Assembly (NCBI GenBank): GCA_040954595.2
Contig: CM082577.2
Coordinates: forward strand, 16,933,903 to 16,997,902
DNA length: 64,000 nt
Source: Balanoglossus misakiensis
Lineage: Eukaryota; Animalia; Hemichordata
Direction of reading: 5' to 3'
Position numbers and translations under genes: made by a program. How positions within the stretch are numbered: the first letter of the stretch is position 1; each line of letters opens with the position of its first letter. The notes under the pieces were generated by a model, which saw nothing but the letters and a program-made list of their open reading frames with translations, was not told the DNA's origin and did not search any database. This document shows positions 24,426 to 37,330 of this stretch, one piece after another.

Positions 24426-25210
24426 TTAAATTCTCTGTCCTATGTCGGTTTTCTCTACTGTACTGTCTGTTGTACTTTGCTTGTCTTCTCAACAGGCCAC
24501 GTGAAAATTATTTAACCGGACTTATAATCACAATTATGTTGCATTTTTCGTATCACTTGTAATCATGTTTTGCGTTGCCTTACATATAGATAATGAAAAC
24601 AACTTTCCCATACTTGTTTTTTTCCATCTTCTTCATTTGGTTAATTAAAATAGACACATAAAACAATAATCAATATACCCCATCTCATATCGCAACAATT
24701 TTCTCCCTTCACCTGTTAATCATAATAATTGCAGTATGGCTGTATGAATTTCATTGAGTAATTATACAATTCAAAATAAAAAAAAACACAATAATTTAGT
24801 TCACTGAATAAGCTCATTAAAATCCCATCCCGCGATATACCACGGAAGTTCAGTATACATCTCAGGAGAAAACATTAATTAAGTTCTACAGATACCATCC
24901 CTCAACCAATCAAGGTAAGAAAGTTTGGAAAGTTTGCAACATATCGAGTCAAAATACTTACACATCACTACAATGTGTTCTTCTTTAATGAGCCTCGAGA
25001 ACTTCAAATATATTTACTAATGGTACATTCCATGGTTTCCAAGACAACTCGTGATTTGAGAGTGTACATATGTGCGTCCGAGGACAGTTTCCTGTTTACT
25101 GACGTTGCAAACCTTGGACGTCGTTTTCTTCGTGAATAAAATAAATTGTTTACACCCAACAATACCTGCCTGAACAGTGCCTGAACTGAAAGACTTGTAT
25201 AATTATAATA

Positions 25211-27130
25211 TCATGGTATTGTGTACTTTAAAGTCACTTCATTCTGTGGCATTCGGCGGTACCATGTCTTTTTGATATTCTCATATTCAGCCTTGTTTTT
25301 AAAGTACGCCCATCCAAAGTGTTTGTATATATAGCCAGGGCAATAATCTTGAATTGTTTTCATTTTGTCATAATCAGTATCACTTAACCAATTTGCAGCT
25401 GATTTGTTGTGGGACTCCTTTTCTGAACGCATTGGTGGTTCAGGTAGTCCCACAAAGTCATACATGGCAGACTTGACTACGCTGGGATACAAACACAAGT
25501 CCTCGAATCGAACCAGCATCGAATTTGTTCTCATGAAGTCAGAGTCAGACTTCAATAAGTTCCAAACCATTTCTAGCCAGACACAATGTTCTTTTACTGT
25601 GTCTTGAATCGAATAATCATCCGACGCCAACGCTGTAAGACGTTCTTCCCACCGGCTAAATCTGGACGTTACCAGACCTCTTGGGTCACGGACCAAAATT
25701 ATCATTTTCACTGCCTGTCTCTCTAACGTAGGCAGACAAGACTTGATGTCGCTGAAGCGGAGTACTTTGGCTAAAATATGGCTGCTCGATAGGCATAAGG
25801 GTGTTAGTTCGTTTTGAGAGTATGGCATAGTCAACTTATTAAAAGTTCCTTTCCTATAAATATTATGAGTGTTCAATGCCTTTACAAAAAATTCGTGTGT
25901 GGAGAATTCACAGTCATACAAATCTCCCAAAAATTCACACAGATCCGGTTGAATTTCCTTTAAATTGGCTTCGCTGTCGATGAGGATATTCTTGTGGTAT
26001 GCGAACTTCAAAATCATATGACCAGGCTCGTATGCATAGAAAAAGTCTGCATAGTTAGAAAAAAAGCTACTTGTGGAAGTAGATGCAGACGACATTCGTC
26101 CAACGATGAGCAAATGTATCCGAGTTCCATTCTTCGTTGAGTCATCCAGCGTTGTGGGTGACACACTAGTCGAGTGGTATAAGCTTTCATGGGTTGGCGT
26201 TGATTCTGTGGTGATGTCGTTCCCAGATCGAACTGAACTGTCCAGGTCTTGTGGACGAGCAACGCCCTTATCCTCCATGAATTTGAAAATACCATTATTA
26301 TCCATGATGTGATTTATTGTATGTGAATTGTAAATGATCAACATAGTGAAGATGGCAATCGACAGCGGAAGAAGAATGGATCGCCGCAGTAGGACTGAAA
26401 ATCAAGTATAAAACTTATGAACATTTCCCAATGATATCCTGCTTTTCGGTCTATTCTTTATTTACATTTTTGCTTGATGTGTGTATTGAAGCATCACACC
26501 AATTGAGCAGAGATCAGTTCCTTCGTAATCCCTAAGGCTAAAATAAAAAAATATGTGCTGATTAACCGACCTACCTCAATTACAACCCGGCGACGGACCC
26601 TAAACTTTTTAGACCTTCGTAAACCCGGAAGAAAAAATTACGATGTGAAATATACGAAATACATGATGATCAAAATCGCGTGAAGCATGTGAGAACTATG
26701 AAGAAATCGCGCGCACCACGCGAGAACTATTACGTCATTCTTCTTTATTACGGTTTTTCTGATGTAAAATGAGCATTGAGAAATTAAAAAAAAATTGGAA
26801 TAAAAATTCCCTACCTACATACCCTATTTTTGTAAACCATGTAATCGGAACAGCACATATTATTTTTTTGCCTTACGGGGCTTACTACAAGTATAATGAT
26901 TCCAGCCACATAAATGTGTCTTTTTAAAACGTTTCATGACACATATCAATATACTGGTATAATATAACGAATATAGCATATCCGGTAACGGTATACTACT
27001 CAACTCCATATGCGCACTTCGGTGGCGCTTGAGCGTATATGTAGTGAACTGGTCATACTCTCGTCTATCGCAAGGGGTGTTTTGTAGCTTAATTTTAAAC
27101 TTTATACTCACCTATCCGTTTACAGTTCAT
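25211..27130 (-). CDS. Carbohydrate sulfotransferase, CHST1-like (Gal/GlcNAc/GalNAc 6-O family), type II membrane protein, 400 aa. join(27130..27112, 26394..25211)
   Basis: ATG exon MNCKRI with donor G|GTGAGT (phase 1) joins acceptor ttttcAG at 26394 to give the anchor VLLRRSILLPLSIAIFTMLIIY. Motifs: FFYAYEP, AKVLRF, 3'-PB LVRDPRGLVTSR, LVRFEDLC, MYDFVGL. Candidate 5'UTR donor at 28710. Confidence 0.9.
26533..26875. mobile_element. MITE (Harbinger/ISL2EU-like termini) in the sulfotransferase intron
   Basis: TAAGGCTAAAATAAAAAAATATGTGCTG / CAGCACATATTATTTTTTTGCCTTA inverted ends; internal CCTACCT subrepeats. Confidence 0.65.
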
Positions 27131-27834
27131 CGTTGCCAACAACTTCGTGCACAACTGAAAATATTACCGAGAAGGATATTGAGTCAAGCTTTTGCCGAGA
27201 CAATACTTAGAATTATGCTATAATATTTACCAGATGCAGTATGTCCATCCACGCGACGATAATACACCATACACTGTAGCCATTTTCTGTATAACGGCCC
27301 TGGGCGAACTCTCAGAAAAACCCGGCACTAGGGAGTCGAGAATAAACCTGATCTACGCAGTTCCCGTGACATTCCGCCAAATGAAATGTTATTGTGCAAG
27401 TTGAACTGGCCAATATAACCATATCCAAAATTTCTTAAATTGAAGTTAGATTGCAACTCGAGTACAGATTTTCAGAAAAAAATCGCAGTCCTCGAAACAT
27501 TTGAATTGTTTCTATAATTATAAAAGTGTGTGTGCAGAGTCATTTTGAACACAAACAAGAAAACATCGTTTGCTTTCCGAAATAAGGCTTACACGGCTAT
27601 AAGTTAAATGTTTATGTAGTAAATGTTCCCCAAAATATAATATTTTCTGTATTACTGTTTAGTTTGTTTCACACGAATCTACTGAATATTTAATTGATCA
27701 TTTACATATTGAAAGTCTCACGTACTTTTAAAGGATTAAATTATGTTGGTGTCGTCTGCAAAAACGAAATAAAAAATGTCGAAATAATTATTGCAGCTGG
27801 CTTTATTACTGACGTATATGAGACATACGTGTAG

Positions 27835-27950
27835 GCTGGGCCTAATGCAGACTCTGGAGGGACCCCACAAGTTATTGTCAATTCATTCGATTATATATCA
27901 CCATCGACATTTAATAATAATATCATGTCTTTCTGAAAAGGGATCGGACA
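27835..27950 (-). mobile_element. Small LINE RT fragment
   Basis: Minus-strand LNVDGDI*SNELTITCGVPPESALGP resembles the RT GVPQGSxLGP motif. Confidence 0.55.
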
Positions 27951-29080
27951 GGTTCCAAACGTTGTTGAGCGGGCTGTCGAGAGTTGCTGGTAATCAATTG
28001 CTGGTAACACGTTAATTGTAAAGTTTCAAATGCAGACGACTTTATTGCCTCTGCCTCTGCCTGGCGGCCTATGCCCTTAGACTGCATGATCGCCATTAGC
28101 ACGACGTCCCAGCTCTCCAGTACCACAACCTGTGAGACTGAGCCCCAAATGGCTTGTTACGTGTGTGTGTGATAGAGTCAGATCGAGTGGCTCATATACA
28201 TAGAGTATAATGAAAACATGGCAAATCTAATCAATTGCTGTTGTTCACATCAAAAACTGCCTACACGAAAATTTGGCGAGAATAATAAGTACCAGCGAAG
28301 GTGAATTTTTTTCTAAAAAAACAATATTCTGAAATTGATCCATTACACTTGCACAATACTCCAATCGCTTGAGGTGAATGCTAACTAGACCGAGATGTGC
28401 TTACTAGACCGAGATGTTCTGTTCAAACGTCAGATTGATATTATGATATTATGGCAATATATTAAAACGATTCATGTAGGATGAAAGCTGGTTATTAATT
28501 ATTTTCTGAATTACCTTATTAAACTGAGGTATTGCGAAAAACTGGTCTAAAATTATCAGGGTCAGACTAGTTAACTTCTCTGTACTTTTCTTTGTTTTTT
28601 GACTGCAATAAAAAAAACGTTATAAATATATAAAAAAAAAACTTCTCTAAAAAGTCGCTAACCATCCTATAATTACTGCACCGTTCTGTGGGCAAGTATT
28701 AAACGCTTACCTTTGCCAACTCGTCTTTCCAAGAGTAAATGGAAAACTCACTCACTGCAACAACTCTTGTCTGATAAATCCATTTGATCAATATTATCAT
28801 ATATATTTCCCTGTGTTTTTGCGTACGTGTTTTGACTTAGTATCTACACGACCTGTCGATTTTTAAAAACGGAATCAAGGGGATTATATGGACACTGTAC
28901 ACTGACTAAAGAAAACAATTACAAAATAAACACAAGCCATCGACGAATATCTGCATATGTCATTTCGGTAGGACAAAATATGTATATTAAGGTAGTGGAC
29001 TACTCGAAAACTACATACACACGCACGCCAGTACGTACGCACGCACGTACGTATGTATGTATCACGGTTAGTAACCGTGT

Positions 29081-29266
29081 TATGTATGTATGTATGTATG
29101 TATGTATGTATGTATGTATGTATGTATGTATGTATGTATGTATGTATGTATGTATGTATGTGTGTATGTATGTATGTATGTATGTATGTATGTATGTATG
29201 TATGTATGTATGTATGTATGTATGTATGTATGTATGTATGTATGTATGTATGTATGTATGTATGTA
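29081..29266. repeat. (TATG)n microsatellite, preceded by (ACGC/ACGT)n variants
   Basis: Direct reading. Confidence 0.98.
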
Positions 29267-29373
29267 GAATTGGTTTTGCCATCATTACAAATACAGAGTC
29301 TGTTCTCTCGTGAGAGTTTCTTGTGTCTTCCTTGTTCTATTAAAAGATTAAAAAATGATATACGGAAATACAT
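29267..29373 (-). mobile_element. LINE ORF2 3'-terminal fragment abutting the (CATA)n tract
   Basis: FRISFFNLLIEQGRHKKLSRENRLCIC matches the LRISxHxLxIExGR...RxC motif also seen near 39150. Confidence 0.7.
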
Positions 29374-29384
29374 GTAGGTGAGTG

Positions 29385-31598
29385 CAGTCTGAAAGGAGGG
29401 TACTAACTATGAGGGCGCTGTCAATACAAAATTATGTCAATTCTCCTTCAAAACAAGTATGGCGGGAGCCCTTCCACACTGGATACGCCGTGTTCGAAAT
29501 ACGGGCTTGAAACAGGCTCCCTGCGACTTTTGAATCTCAAATTTGTAGGTAATTGTTTTCCTAGATAGTTATTTGTTGCAATGGAAGTTGTTTGCAGCTT
29601 GAATAAATTTCAGATAAAAGGATTTCGAACTTGTTCAGTCTGAATTGATGTTCCAAAAACGGGTGTTTTCATGTAAACACTTAGTAAGGGAGCGCGAAAA
29701 TGGCCTTGCAGGTTTTGAACACGGATGAAACTTTACAGGTCGTGGCACATATATGTAAGAAATACGTGTGCCAAGTTTGAAGTCCCTAGCTTCATTGCAG
29801 CGGAGTTCGTCCCAAAATGTATGGAGGCATGTCACGCCGCTATAGCTCTGATCCTTCTTATTCGTTTTCCTCAGTTGATTCAAACAGTTATGGGACATTT
29901 CTTTGTATGAATAAACACATCGAATTATTGCACTTGCATTTGGTGTTTTTTTGCTGCTAGTTTTCCAATCTGGTGCAGAATTCCTGATGCATGTTTTATG
30001 GTTTTACATGGTAAATTACTGGTACACTGACATATATTGAGGGGGGGGGGGGGTTTCAGTGTCGTCAATACCATGTTTTCAAGGTACTGGGCATGCAGAG
30101 CTCGAGCTTACTCTACATCACTTCTCAGAAACCAGTTTATTTTTAAATACACTAGTACCATTTTCATATGCATCTCTTTTTTCCAACTCTACAACATATT
30201 CTTCAGGTCGATCATATTCTTCCTCCTCTTATAAAGTTATTTCTATTTCATCCTCCTCACTGTCTACATTCATTTCCTCTAACAATAACTCATTTGTGGC
30301 TTTCTAATGTGTGTCTATCAGTGACAGGGTCTTCAGTAGTGCCAGGATTTGTATTTAAACATTTTCTACATGTACTTCAAGGCCCACACAGATTTTTTTT
30401 TTACATCTACAAAATTTTGTTTCACAAGACTGACTTTGCTGTCAATGTTTAGAAGTGTGCCTTGTGGGGAGGAAAGAAGGAAAAAACTACTTAGAAAACT
30501 CTAAGTAGAAATTCTGACAAACCACTGCCTAGTAACCACAATTCACTTTTATCAGAGTTTAATAGTAAAACAAAAGGGGAAAAAACTAATACAGAATATT
30601 ACTGTTTAACAGCTTTCCCTTAATTTAATGGCTTCTTGAATGAAAAATACAGTCCACCAAGCAAACAAGATGGCTCGAATGCCAGTCAAAGAGATACAAT
30701 AGTTCAAATGAAATTTGATAAAATGACAGGCTAAAAGTAAAATACATGCAGTAAAAATTCAATTGCAACTCAATTTCTACAGTCAACCAGTTGTATCAAT
30801 CCAGAAACTGCACGCCACAAAACACGACAAGCTGGAAATCTTCAGAAACGTTTGTGTCTTTGGTGGCTATTTATCTGAAATAAGGAAAAGGGCACATTAA
30901 ACAAAGTTTGCTTTCAATGGCATGAATGCACGGGATCCAATGCACGTATGGAAACACTTGAAGCTATGTGATGTTATGCATGTTTTCATATCGCTACTTG
31001 GGTAGATTTCAAGTCTTGTGCGGTTGAAATATATCAAACAAAAGCCCCAAGAAATCAATGTTTTCTTCTTTGGATGTTCTACTATCTTATTTTTTCTCAA
31101 CAACTGCGTATGCTCAAAATATACCGATAAAGACCGGCCTCGCTCTATACAAGAAGTGGCGACCGCGCCATCTTGAATTTCGATGTCAATTTTCGGCTCA
31201 CTTTGCTGTGTTCGCTAGTCATAACTAAAGCTTGAACCAGGAAAAAAATCACATAGAACGAATATTTAGATATATACTTCACTGAAAATCGCCATCAATT
31301 TGAGAAAATCAAATGTGACTATAGTTCGTCCCATATAGAAAAACACAGAATTCGTTTTCTGCACGCCAGGCATAGTAAATCGCCGAAAATCCGTCTATAA
31401 AAACATACGCGTACACACCTATGATTAAAAACCATTTGTTGGGTTCCTTTCTTCTCCGATATCTGAAAGTCTCTTAATCGGCTGGGGGAAAAATCGCTGA
31501 AAACGGCCCAACGGTCACTGTGCAGTGAAAATATCACGTGACATTTTGAAAGGAAATCTCATTAACATATTTAAATTTGATACCCTCCTTTCAGACTG
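29385..31598. mobile_element. 2.2-kb non-autonomous DNA transposon with 18-bp TIR and 4-bp TSD
   Basis: CAGTCTGAAAGGAGGGTA at 29385 and its perfect reverse complement ending at 31598; AGTG duplicated at 29381-29384 and 31599-31602; no transposase ORF. Confidence 0.85.
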
Positions 31599-31617
31599 AG
31601 TGTGTGTTTAAAAATAG

Positions 31618-33296
31618 TGTCATGGAATTGCTAGGTCAACGCCTCACACACGACTCATATCGCAAGAAATGCGACTTTTCCTGATTCTCAGACTGGGACA
31701 CCCTATAGCAGGAGAAACTGTCAATTTTCCACGATTGGGGCGGAGCTTGTATCACGTGGGCTTGTTGCCTGTATAGTGACTCCCCTCGACATCCATAATA
31801 AAGCAGACGAGACATGGCGGTTGAACTGTAAGCATCGTGCTCTCGTGTGTAGTGATCTGAATTCGTACTTTACCTCTATATTTCATATATCTTCGTTCAA
31901 ACCTTTCTGCACGTTTGTGGGAACACTTTTTCTGTAACCTCTGAGAGGTTTAGTTGTCTACGGATCGTAATTCCGAGGTTTTTCTTGTTATTTGTGTGAG
32001 CGCAACGCTCAGGTCGGTCGGCTAGCTGTTTATACTGCATTCTTTTTCAGCGCATCTCTTAGCGCACGTTCTGCCGTGCACAAGGTATATCAAACCAGGA
32101 CTTGTAACGGACCGGTCCTACGCTGCCAAGGCTCGGTCGTGCTACGTTTACGCTACCATTGAGTTGGCTGGTTCGTCATTCACTAAGTCTTGACAATTTT
32201 GGGGACCTCAGTCCGACATAATTTCCGCTACATTGGTGCCATTGCGGGATAAGATTTCTGCTGCTTGCTCGTTCAGTCTGCGTTCTGCAGCTGTAGACTT
32301 CCCTTCGGTGTTGCTTCTATTGTTCTTATACATTGTTGCTATATTGTTGAATAGCGTTATCGATTTTGTCGTCTAGTGTACCTTGCACGTGCACTGTAGT
32401 ACAATGGAGAAATTCGTCGACAGTGAAATCAGTTTCCCACAAGGTAAACAAACAGGAGTTGATAAAACGCCAGATCGGTCTGTTGAGGCGTCCAATGTAC
32501 ATCAACCTGATGATTTTATGGATTTGCCACCACTTATGTCACCTGATGGTGAAGTGAGAAATGGAGCGCTCAATTCAGGATCGAGAGAGCCAACTTCATT
32601 TTCTCTGGGGCGAGGCACACGCAGTGCGTTCACTCCCTCTGCCACTGCGAGTTGCGTTGCACCGACGTCAATGGCTCAAAGCCGTTTATCAACTATAGGG
32701 CGAGCTGATAGAGATTCGCATAGCGCTCGTTCTTTTGCTGCATCGAATGCAAATTCAACTCCTGCGTCTTTTCTTGGTTCTGCGAATTCCGGAGTGAATG
32801 CAAGCAGTATGTGTGAATTGAGGGACAAATCCACCCTCATTAGTTACCGTGCAGACAGACAAAACCCTTCCACCGGTAAAATGCCCGTTTGATAGACAAT
32901 CAGCGTCTTACTCGAGACAAAATACAGCCAAAGCTGATAGCTATGATGGCAAAGGAAATTTCGTAAAATACAAGCTGCATCTGTGCGCGCGTCAATGGAT
33001 GGATTACTGAGCAAACATTCCACATGCTTTTGACAAAGTTGCGAGGGCGTGCGTTGGAGTTTACTGCTCTCACTGTGGTCGCTATGTGAATGACTATGAT
33101 GAGTTGTGTGATTTGTTGGTTGCTGCCGAGATTTTCGAGTCGTCGGTTGGAGGATGAATTTCGGCTTCAGGCAAAAACTATAGTGAGAAAGAAAGATCAG
33201 TCACTGAAGGATCTTGCTCAAGAAATCAGGCAGATAATAATCAGGGCCTATCCCAGCGCAACCGGCGACTGCGCCTATGATTCCCCTCATCGTTAA
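31618..33296 (+). mobile_element. Gypsy LTR retrotransposon 5' portion: LTR (31618-32232), PBS, degenerate gag
   Basis: TGTCATGG...GCTACA LTR containing a GC box and AATAAA; PBS-like TGGTGCCATTGCGGGAT at 32234; gag-like AKADSYDGKG...LLTKLRGRALEF...RKKDQSLKDLAQEIRQIIIRAYP with stops and frameshifts; truncated near 33290. Confidence 0.85.
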
Positions 33297-33415
33297 GTTG
33301 AAGAACTAATAATCCAGAATGCCCTTAGGCCTACACCGGTCCCCCATTTGCCGTTTGTAATGCTGATATGTCGCTGTGGTTGCATACACATTTGGTTGAC
33401 CTATTATTTAGCTCA

Positions 33416-33467
33416 GATACTCATGACTGCAACAACAGACTGATACTCATGACTGCAACAACAGACT
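33416..33467. repeat. 26-bp tandem duplication GATACTCATGACTGCAACAACAGACT x2
   Basis: Direct reading. Confidence 0.9.
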
Positions 33468-35211
33468 ATCATTATTATTCATCCGTAACTGAACCGACGG
33501 AGCTCTACATGACATGGTTCCACACATTCCACTGACTTCCTGTTTCTGTCTAATGAAAAAGAAGGTAAAATAAAGGTCAGCGGCGTGTAATAAATCATAC
33601 AAATCATGGAAAAATAGAATGTCATGCCTATGTGAGTGAAACGGAACTTCAATAGTCTTTTTACAAGATAGTTGCTTCGAGGGAGACTAAAACTTTCTGT
33701 GATGCATTCCGACAACGTCAAATTTCATCACATATCGACGTCAGCGATGTCTGGAGGGGCTGCCTGTGGGGGCGTTTGTATGTTAAGCGCACCTGAAGTT
33801 CTGAATCTCTGGTTCTCATTAGTTAAATATTTATACTGTATGTTTTATATGTGCAGAAGTTTAAAAACTTCTTTCAAGCAGATTACCAGGAAGGAATATG
33901 TCTGTAAAGAAAACCCGGCAAGAAATAATTCCCTTATTATACCAACAAGAGGAACACAATCATCCGGCATGGAATTTAAATATACTAGAACTCTCGTTTA
34001 TTGGCATTGCTAAACGCCTGTGGGTATTTCCCGGAATCCTGACGACTCTTTTCAAAGAAGTTAAAATACAAATTAATATTCTTGGAAGAGATGCGTGGGG
34101 AATAATGACTACACAGACACCATGTCCGGCATGTAAAAGTGAGCACACCTTTACCTCGATCTCACCTTTTATTCCCAATAACCCGGATGTGGCATTACGT
34201 CATTTTATAGAACATGCAAAGTATTAAATGTTCAAAAAAAATTCAGAGCAGTCAATAATGGCACGAATGTTCCTAAATTTGGAGAAACACAGAGGAAGAT
34301 GTTGCCTTATGGTTTCCCGTGAAGGAAACATATCTACTAAAGTCTAGAAAACTGCACATATATCTTATTGTAGCAATCCAGCACGAAGTCTCCTTAGAGT
34401 TAAAATACTTGATTAATTTGTTTTAATTTATGTTTTGCCAACAATGTTGCGTTTCCAAAAGATTAAGTTGTCACGTGATGGACATAGGATATTCCATAAA
34501 CACTAAACTGAAGTCAAGTCAGACCACAATAAAATTTACATTTTGCGTCATTCTATCTTAACATATTCAACACTGAATTTGGCTTCCTGGATCAAATACT
34601 GAGGACTTTCCCTTTTAACATTTTTTTCAACAACAACACCAACTCATTTTTAAGAATTGCACTTTCAGCTTTCAAACGTATAAGGCCTAGAATGTTAAGG
34701 TATTGATGCTTGGAGTCTGTTTGTGTCCCTTTCTCCAAAGTAACTGTTTTGCTTGGTGTCCCTGACAGGTGCTGAACTGTATTCCTCAGGCTGAGATTTA
34801 AGCACTGGAAAATAAATAAAAAGCAAGCGGTATACTTATGCGCAATCAATGATTTCTTACAACAGTTACACAGAGCTATGAAGTTTGGGTACTGTTTCTG
34901 TTCAGCGAGAAAACATTATAGATAGCACACAAATGTTAACTTTTAATATCAAACCATTAACCTCATGTCACAGTAATAATATAATTGAATATAATAGGCA
35001 GTAAAAATTATACATGTCACATGATCTTTACTTCAAAACTCTGCTTCTTGTCTCTTCTGCTGTTTTATGGGAATTAGTATGTCTATTAGTACCGGACCCT
35101 TTCTCTTCCTTGATAAACGCTGTACCTAACAAGTAAAAATGAACATTATAACACCTGTGATGATTTATACTGATCGGAATTAACGTGCATGGTTGGGTCA
35201 CCGCCGTGGCC

Positions 35212-35538
35212 TAGTCTCGGTTACCCAGACCCCCCTGCTTCTTTCGTTGGGCACTCCAGAAAGAGGGTGCATGATGGTTGCAGACTCGAACATTAAAAAT
35301 ACATGCTGAGACGTGCTAGACCTGCTGAAACTGTCTACAAATTGGAAGGACAAGTTTGGTAAATAGTTTTCTAATATCGTCATATCATAAAATCGTATGT
35401 CATAAATGTTGACCATCATGCATCGCTTGTGTCCCGAGTCGGCCATCTTTGCCCGGAGATTTGTCTATGGGGTTTCCCCAGACCCTCTTTCTGGAGTGCC
35501 CAACGGAAGAAGCAGGGCGGTTTGGGTAACAGAGACTA
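35212..35538. mobile_element. AcademH-type MITE (327 bp)
   Basis: ~47-bp TIR TAGTCTCGGTTACCCAGAC...CCAGAAAGAGGGT; 10-bp TSD CGCCGTGGCC (35202-35211 and 35539-35548); related solo end at ~38722-38765. Confidence 0.88.
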
Positions 35539-36429
35539 CGCCGTGGCCCAGGTTTGGATCAAAACATCCAACTTTCCAACAGTGTTTCTAAACTCCCGAA
35601 CATATTACATACAAAGTTACAGCCGAGTATTGAGTATATTGAGTCCAACTACTGCCATTAACGCGCGCGTACAGTACAACATTTATTCCTATTTCATATG
35701 TTCTCGTATTGGGTAATTACAGTTACAATTTACACATTATCCACACAATACTGAAGTTAAATGAACTAAAAGTAAGTGTTGATCAACAGCGACAACTAGC
35801 TCTGAATCATTTGCTATAGTAAAATAAAGCTATCGTCTGTACACTTGTCGTGGCGCCAAAGTTGACAGTGGTGTGGAGTAGACCGAGACTCATTTCACTG
35901 TGATGTTCTTATACCTCTTCTGCCGTATTCGTCGTCGTGTACATTATGTCGTACAGTGTGTGCGTTCGCCCATTATGGGTATTTTGGGGGTACATTATTC
36001 TCTAACTATAACATTGTTCAATAATTATATTATAGAAGAACTTTAAGTGAATAATATTGTCACGAGTTCAATGGTTACTTTATACAATATTCAAGAAAAA
36101 ACGAACCTCATAGAAGTACTTTATTTCAGTCATTATTTAAAAAAAAAGTAACATAAAAGTTTACCTAAATATTTTCAAGGCAATAATCTACTTATGTAAA
36201 TTACTTTATTTTCTTTTTGTAAAATTTTTAATTCAGCAATTGCAAAGTGTACAGGATATAAGTTACAAATACTTCAATCTACTATGGTACTATCGTTTTT
36301 TACATAGTTTATGTAGTGCAGATCTTCAATAAGGAATTTCCTCATAATCTGCTGTTTTAATATCCTTGCCTTGTATACTTATGTTAATTACTATAATACA
36401 GTGTATCACCCTGTTTGATTTATCCAAGA

Positions 36430-37330
36430 TGCGCCAAGTCTTCCTCCAATACTCTGGCAATAATTTATTTCAGGCCACGCCTTTGTTTTGGACTATAGTG
36501 GTAGAAATTGAATAGCCGCTTCAGCGTAGTTTTGAATTTTTACAGTGTCGACAACTGCTTCACTTTCCAGTACAGCCAGTTCCAATTTATGGGCTACTGT
36601 GCAGTGAACGGGAATCACGAACGGCGCCTCTTCAAGTATTTGCGCGACTACTCCTTTAGAGTTAGCACACACAAGTTTTGGCCTGAGTTGTTCGCGTGAC
36701 GACAAGCTTTCCATTCTTAAAACGGCCGACTCTTAACACTTTTTATTGCACTGAACACCCCGAAGGCGTGAGAATGTTTTGGTGCTTCAATACTGATGAC
36801 GCTGACATCGGTACTTCCGTCTGCTAGTACTGAGAGAAAGTTGGCCCGATGTATATCTCCGACGTCATTCCGTTTGAGTACGGCCGCAATATTTCCGATG
36901 AACATACTTGCAGCTTTGTCGTTGTGGTAGTTTACTCCGATTTCAGCTTCACACATGTCCGACATGGGTTTTCCATGTTTTTCTAGCATGGATGCTGTTG
37001 TAAACGAATTGCGATATTTAATTCGCTGGGCTTCGTTCATCTTTCGCACGGCCTGTGCTATCAGAGTAACACTGAGTCGCCCGGAAAACACTCCAGATAG
37101 GGTCGACTGTTTTCATGAGATTTCATTGACTGAACGCGAAAAATGCCACATCCATCAAAAATGCATTTCGCTTTCCCATTGGCTTGGCGAAGGTTGGATA
37201 TTTGAGGCATATCTTACAAAACATTTTGTTTTGTCTGTAAGTAAGCCATCGCCACTGATCTTCCTAGCGAGGCAGATAATTTCTCCAGCTGGCGTATTTC
37301 TGAGTCGTAACGTTAATGTTTAGACCTCAC
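36430..37330 (-). pseudogene. hAT transposase (ZNF862-like) relic
   Basis: VNYHNDKAASMFIGNIAAVL, FLSVLADGSTDVS (DGSTD motif), GVVAQILEEAPFVIPVHCTVAHKLELAV (CxxH-type motif); frameshifts and deletions. Confidence 0.85.

Noticed and set aside
28884-29377. MYVC/YIHT-repeat ORFs (also 44740-45084 and 59683-59929)
   Set aside because: Translations of (TATG)n microsatellites.
23300-32232. Sulfotransferase gene captured between two LTRs of one retroelement
   Set aside because: The LTRs are related but clearly diverged. The first follows an integrase (3' LTR) and the second precedes PBS-gag (5' LTR), so they belong to two separate insertions.
33830-34330. Protein-like ORF cluster of 72-113 aa
   Set aside because: Overlapping frames with no motif I can identify; possibly a decayed gene fragment but unassignable.
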